Under the pieces are notes generated by a model. That model had not been told where the DNA came from and ran no database searches. It saw only the letters and a list, made by a program, of their open reading frames with translations. A stretch of DNA of 64,000 nt from the human T2T-CHM13v2.0 reference genome, Homo sapiens, in assembly GCF_009914755.1 (NCBI RefSeq), contig NC_060936.1. One strand, given 5' to 3'. This document shows, one piece after another, positions 60,100 through 64,000 of this stretch. The translations under genes were made by a program, and so were the position numbers. How positions within the stretch are numbered: position 1 is the stretch's first letter; every line of letters begins with the position of its first letter.

Positions 60100-62290
60100 T
60101 GCTTCCATCAGTATACAAACATGCTGCTATTGCTCCTGTTCTGTAATTAAAACAAAACTTTCTCTGGACCCCACTTCCTCTGCCAGCTACTGCTCTATTT
60201 CTTTTCACTAAAACTCCTAAAAAGATTTTGCTAAACTCAGTGCTTCCAATTCTTCATCTTCTGTTCTCTCTCAAACCCACCCAGACTTTCCATCTACCTA
60301 TCTCCGGTCCTCTGATACTATTCCAGTTAAGGTCACCAATTCTTCCATGCTGCTAAATTCAGTGGCAATTCCCAGCTGAAAATTTCATCAATTTAATAGC
60401 AGTATTTGAAATGGCTCATCACTACCCTTCCCTGGAGCACTTTGTTCACTTAACTTCTAAGACCACATACTCTCTCAGCTTTCTTTCTTATCCCTTAGGT
60501 TTGGGCTGCAATAACATTGCACAACAAATAATCCCAAAATCTTAATGGCTTGCAAAGACCACCATTCCATTTCTCACACACGGGTCTGATGGTTGGTTGT
60601 GGCGCAGCTGATCTTGGTTGGCTGAGCTGGGCCAGGTTGAACTCTAGCTTCTGGTTCTGCTCTATAGCCCTACATCCTAGGACCCAGGCTAGGCAGACAG
60701 CAATTTCTTGGAATGTGCTATTCTCATTACAGATTATGGAGGCACAGGAGAGGTGAACAGAAATAAGCAACACTTCTTGAGATCTTGGCTTAGAACAGGC
60801 ACATTGTCGATTCCACCAATATTTCACCACGAGAGCAAGTCACATGGCTAAGCCCAGTACTAAATGAGGTGAAAAAACAGTCTGCCAACTCCAGTCAGAT
60901 TCATGCAAGTCATGGGACAAAGGGTGTGGACATATAATTCTACTACAGGTAAGAAGTGGAGAATTAGGGCAATGATAAAATCTACCACATCGTTGTATGT
61001 CACTGGCTGCTTCTTCTTAGATTCTTTATTTTTACTTTATTATTATTATTTATAGAGACAGGGTCTTGCTAATAGCCCCACTGCAGCCTCAAACTCCTGG
61101 GCTCAAAGTGATCCTCCCACCTCAGCCTCCTGAGTAGCTGGAACTACAGATGTACACCACCACACTCACTCAACATTACCAATATTCTTTACTGGTTCAA
61201 TATCTTCTCATTAACCTCTTTATTTTGAAGCTTGCAAGAGCTGTTTTAGTCCTCTTTCTCTTCTCCATCTGTGCTCATTCTTTTATTGATTTACTCTAGT
61301 CCCATGACTTTAAATACTATCTATATGCTGAAAACTTACAAATCCCTATCTTCAACTCAGACCTCTCTCTAAAATTACAGATTTGGGTACTACCACTAGA
61401 ACGTTTAACATCTCAAACTCAACATGTCCAAGAGGAAACCTGGAACCCCAGTCTTCCTCCCATCCCCAAACCTGCAGCCTTCACATCTCAGTTGACAGCA
61501 GCTCCATCTTTTCCATTGCTCAAATCATAAACCTTGGCATCATCCTTGACTCCTCTATTTCATGCCCATGTTCATTTCATCTTTAAACAGATCTTGAATT
61601 TGACTTCTTCTTACCACTCCCAGTGTCACCATCCTAATTGAACCTAACATCACCTCTCTTGCCTAGACTATTGCAATTGCCTCCTAATTGGGCTCTCTGC
61701 TTCCACTCTTTGCCACAGTATAATCTATTCTCTATCACTAGAGTGATCTTTTTAAAAACCAAGTCAGATCATAACATTTTGTTGCTTAAAACCCTCTAAT
61801 GGCTTACAATAAAATCTAAACACCTTAAGATGACTTACATGATATGGCCCTTCCCTGCATCTCTGAAGTCCTCTCCTGCCACACTCCCCTGTGAGCACTG
61901 TGCTCCAACAACACTGACCTTTTCTTGTTCCTCAAACATGCAAACCATGCCCAGCCTCAGGGACTTTGCCCTTGTAGATCCCAGACTGACACACGCTTCC
62001 CCAGATACCTAGCTGGTTCCTTTCTCCACACCAAGTTTCTGCTCAAATTTCCCTTCCTTAGAAAAAACTTCCATCACAATCCTGTCTACAAGTCTACTTT
62101 CCATTTCTCTCAATCCCACAGCCTGCTTTATTTACCTTCATAGCACTCATCATTACATAAATGTGTATCATATACATAATTGCTAATGTGTGTTGCCTGT
62201 CTCCCCTACTAGAATATAGGCTCTATGTGGTCAGGGACACACCTCATCATACACTGAGCTCCTAGTTGAAGCTGCCAACAACATAAGTAC
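60100..62290 (+). mobile_element. L2 fragment interrupted by MLT1 and an Alu monomer (about 61025-61165)
   Basis: AAGGTCACCAAT, CATCTCAAACTCAACATGTCCAA and AAACCTTGGCATCATCCTTGACTCC L2 motifs. Confidence 0.85.
60495..60990 (-). mobile_element. Old MaLR LTR (MLT1H/I-like)
   Basis: AACAAATAATCCCAAAATCTTAATGGCTT...AGCAAGTCACATGGCTAAGCCCA. Confidence 0.75.
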
Positions 62291-62778
62291 AGGCAGTGTC
62301 ACTATAGAGTTTTGTACTTTTTAATATACCGTCTGTATAGCTTAGGAATATATTCTATAATGATAAAAACTCCAAATCACAATTCTTTAAATAAATGGAT
62401 GTATTTGTCTCACATAACAAGAAGCCTAGGTAGACTGTTCCTGGCAGCAGAACTTCAGTGGGCCCTCAGGGACCTCAGCATTGTCCTTCTTTCTATTCCA
62501 TTGTGCTGACAATGTTGGTTCTTGTCTGTGTGTTGCCCCACAGTAGCAAAGATGGCTGCCCCTCCTCAAGCCTCAATTTATACTCCAGGCAGGAAGAATA
62601 AGGAAGTAGCAAAAAGCTGTAGGGCTTTTTGTTGGGTAGGATTTGAAGGTAAAGTGCCATAAGGTGAAAGATGACTGCAATTCATTGAACTTGTTGGAGT
62701 CAGAGTCCACCTCAGGCTCCCAGTGTTCAGGGAGACTGGAGGGCTTGTTTCCTGAAGAAACTAGCAAAGTGAAGCTCA

Positions 62779-62792
62779 GTTGTCATGGCAAC
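62779..62792. promoter_or_regulatory. RFX X-box motif
   Basis: GTTGTCATGGCAAC, one mismatch from the palindromic consensus GTTGCCATGGCAAC. Motif only; function not shown. Confidence 0.45.
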
Positions 62793-62909
62793 CCACCAAT
62801 CAACTTTTGCTGCCCTTGCTTTTTATAATTACTTCTTAAAACTCTTCTTTGTATAAATTCCTATTTTTCAGGACAGTAATTAGCAAATGTTAAGAATATG
62901 ATGAAAACA

Positions 62910-63239
<330 letters not shown>

Positions 63240-63599
63240 TCATGAGAAAACTGAATATATTTTGTGTGCTTTGTAGCATGCAACAGCTGAGTAAATATAT
63301 TGATGTACTTGGGAACCAAGGTTCTCATTGTAGTTGCCAGTAATATCAATATATTTACTCATTTGTTTTATCCTACAAATATGTAAATTTAGAAAGACCA
63401 AAGCTAAGAAATTTTCCAGTAGGTTTTTTTTGAATTGTAGGTACCAATTTGAACTCAAATTTTTGAAAGTGTTCTCAATTACCAAATTAATTCATTGGAT
63501 TTTTTTAAAAGGAACCCAAGAGTCTACAAAGAGAATGGGGTGGGATGAAGTGCTGTTCAAACTTCATAACAGAATAACACCTTTCACATTCCTGTAAAA

Positions 63600-64000
63600 G
63601 GAATGATAGAATTCAAAATCACCATTTTTCAGTCTCCCATGTAAGCACTGATTTAGGCAAGGATCATCAATGGATACTAAAACCATTCTGCAGAACAGGA
63701 TATTCATCAATATTCTCCAAGTGTTATTTCACAGGTAATTATTTATTAATTTATTAGTACTATAAATTTCAAAGGTGAAATGTTACCCTTACTATGAAGA
63801 GATCTCTCCAGCACCACCCCAGTAAAGAAATCTAATGTAGAATAGATTTGTATTCTGCAACAGTAGCACACACTACCAATAATAGGACACACTGACATTA
63901 TGTACCTCTTAATGTAACAGAATAAGAAACACACAATCTCACCTAAGTATTCTCGCCAAAAATGTTTAACTTGAATTCCGAACACAATGAAACAATCAGA
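63600..64000 (+). mobile_element. Old L1ME/MC 3' UTR fragment
   Basis: GAATGATAGAATT...CACCATTT, CTGACATTATGTACCTC and CCAAAAATGTTTAAC motifs. Confidence 0.65.

Overview
Primate, probably human, non-coding genomic DNA that is AT-rich and dominated by interspersed repeats: Alu, L1PA/PB/M, L2, L3, MIR, ERV1 and MaLR solo LTRs including LTR12C, and Tigger/MER DNA transposons. No intact host protein-coding gene is supported; all long ORFs in the track derive from L1, Alu or LTRs. The main non-repeat structure is an old, intron-containing pseudogene on the + strand (about 43.8-52.2 kb). It has five decayed exons that translate in order and in compatible splice phase into the C-terminal TPR region of a TMTC1-like O-mannosyltransferase. 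The first pseudo-exon and its flanks are also present as an inverted copy about 1.3 kb upstream (about 94% identity in the core by hand count, both stop codons shared), giving a potential long hairpin. The pseudogene block lies between two divergently oriented L1s that both break off within about 6 nt of the same ORF2 position. Smaller oddities are a templated insertion inside an AluY, a template-switched L1PB, two unexplained inserts within L1s, short candidate 3' transductions and a nested LTR. Repeat subfamily names and the TMTC1 comparison come from recalled sequences, not database searches.
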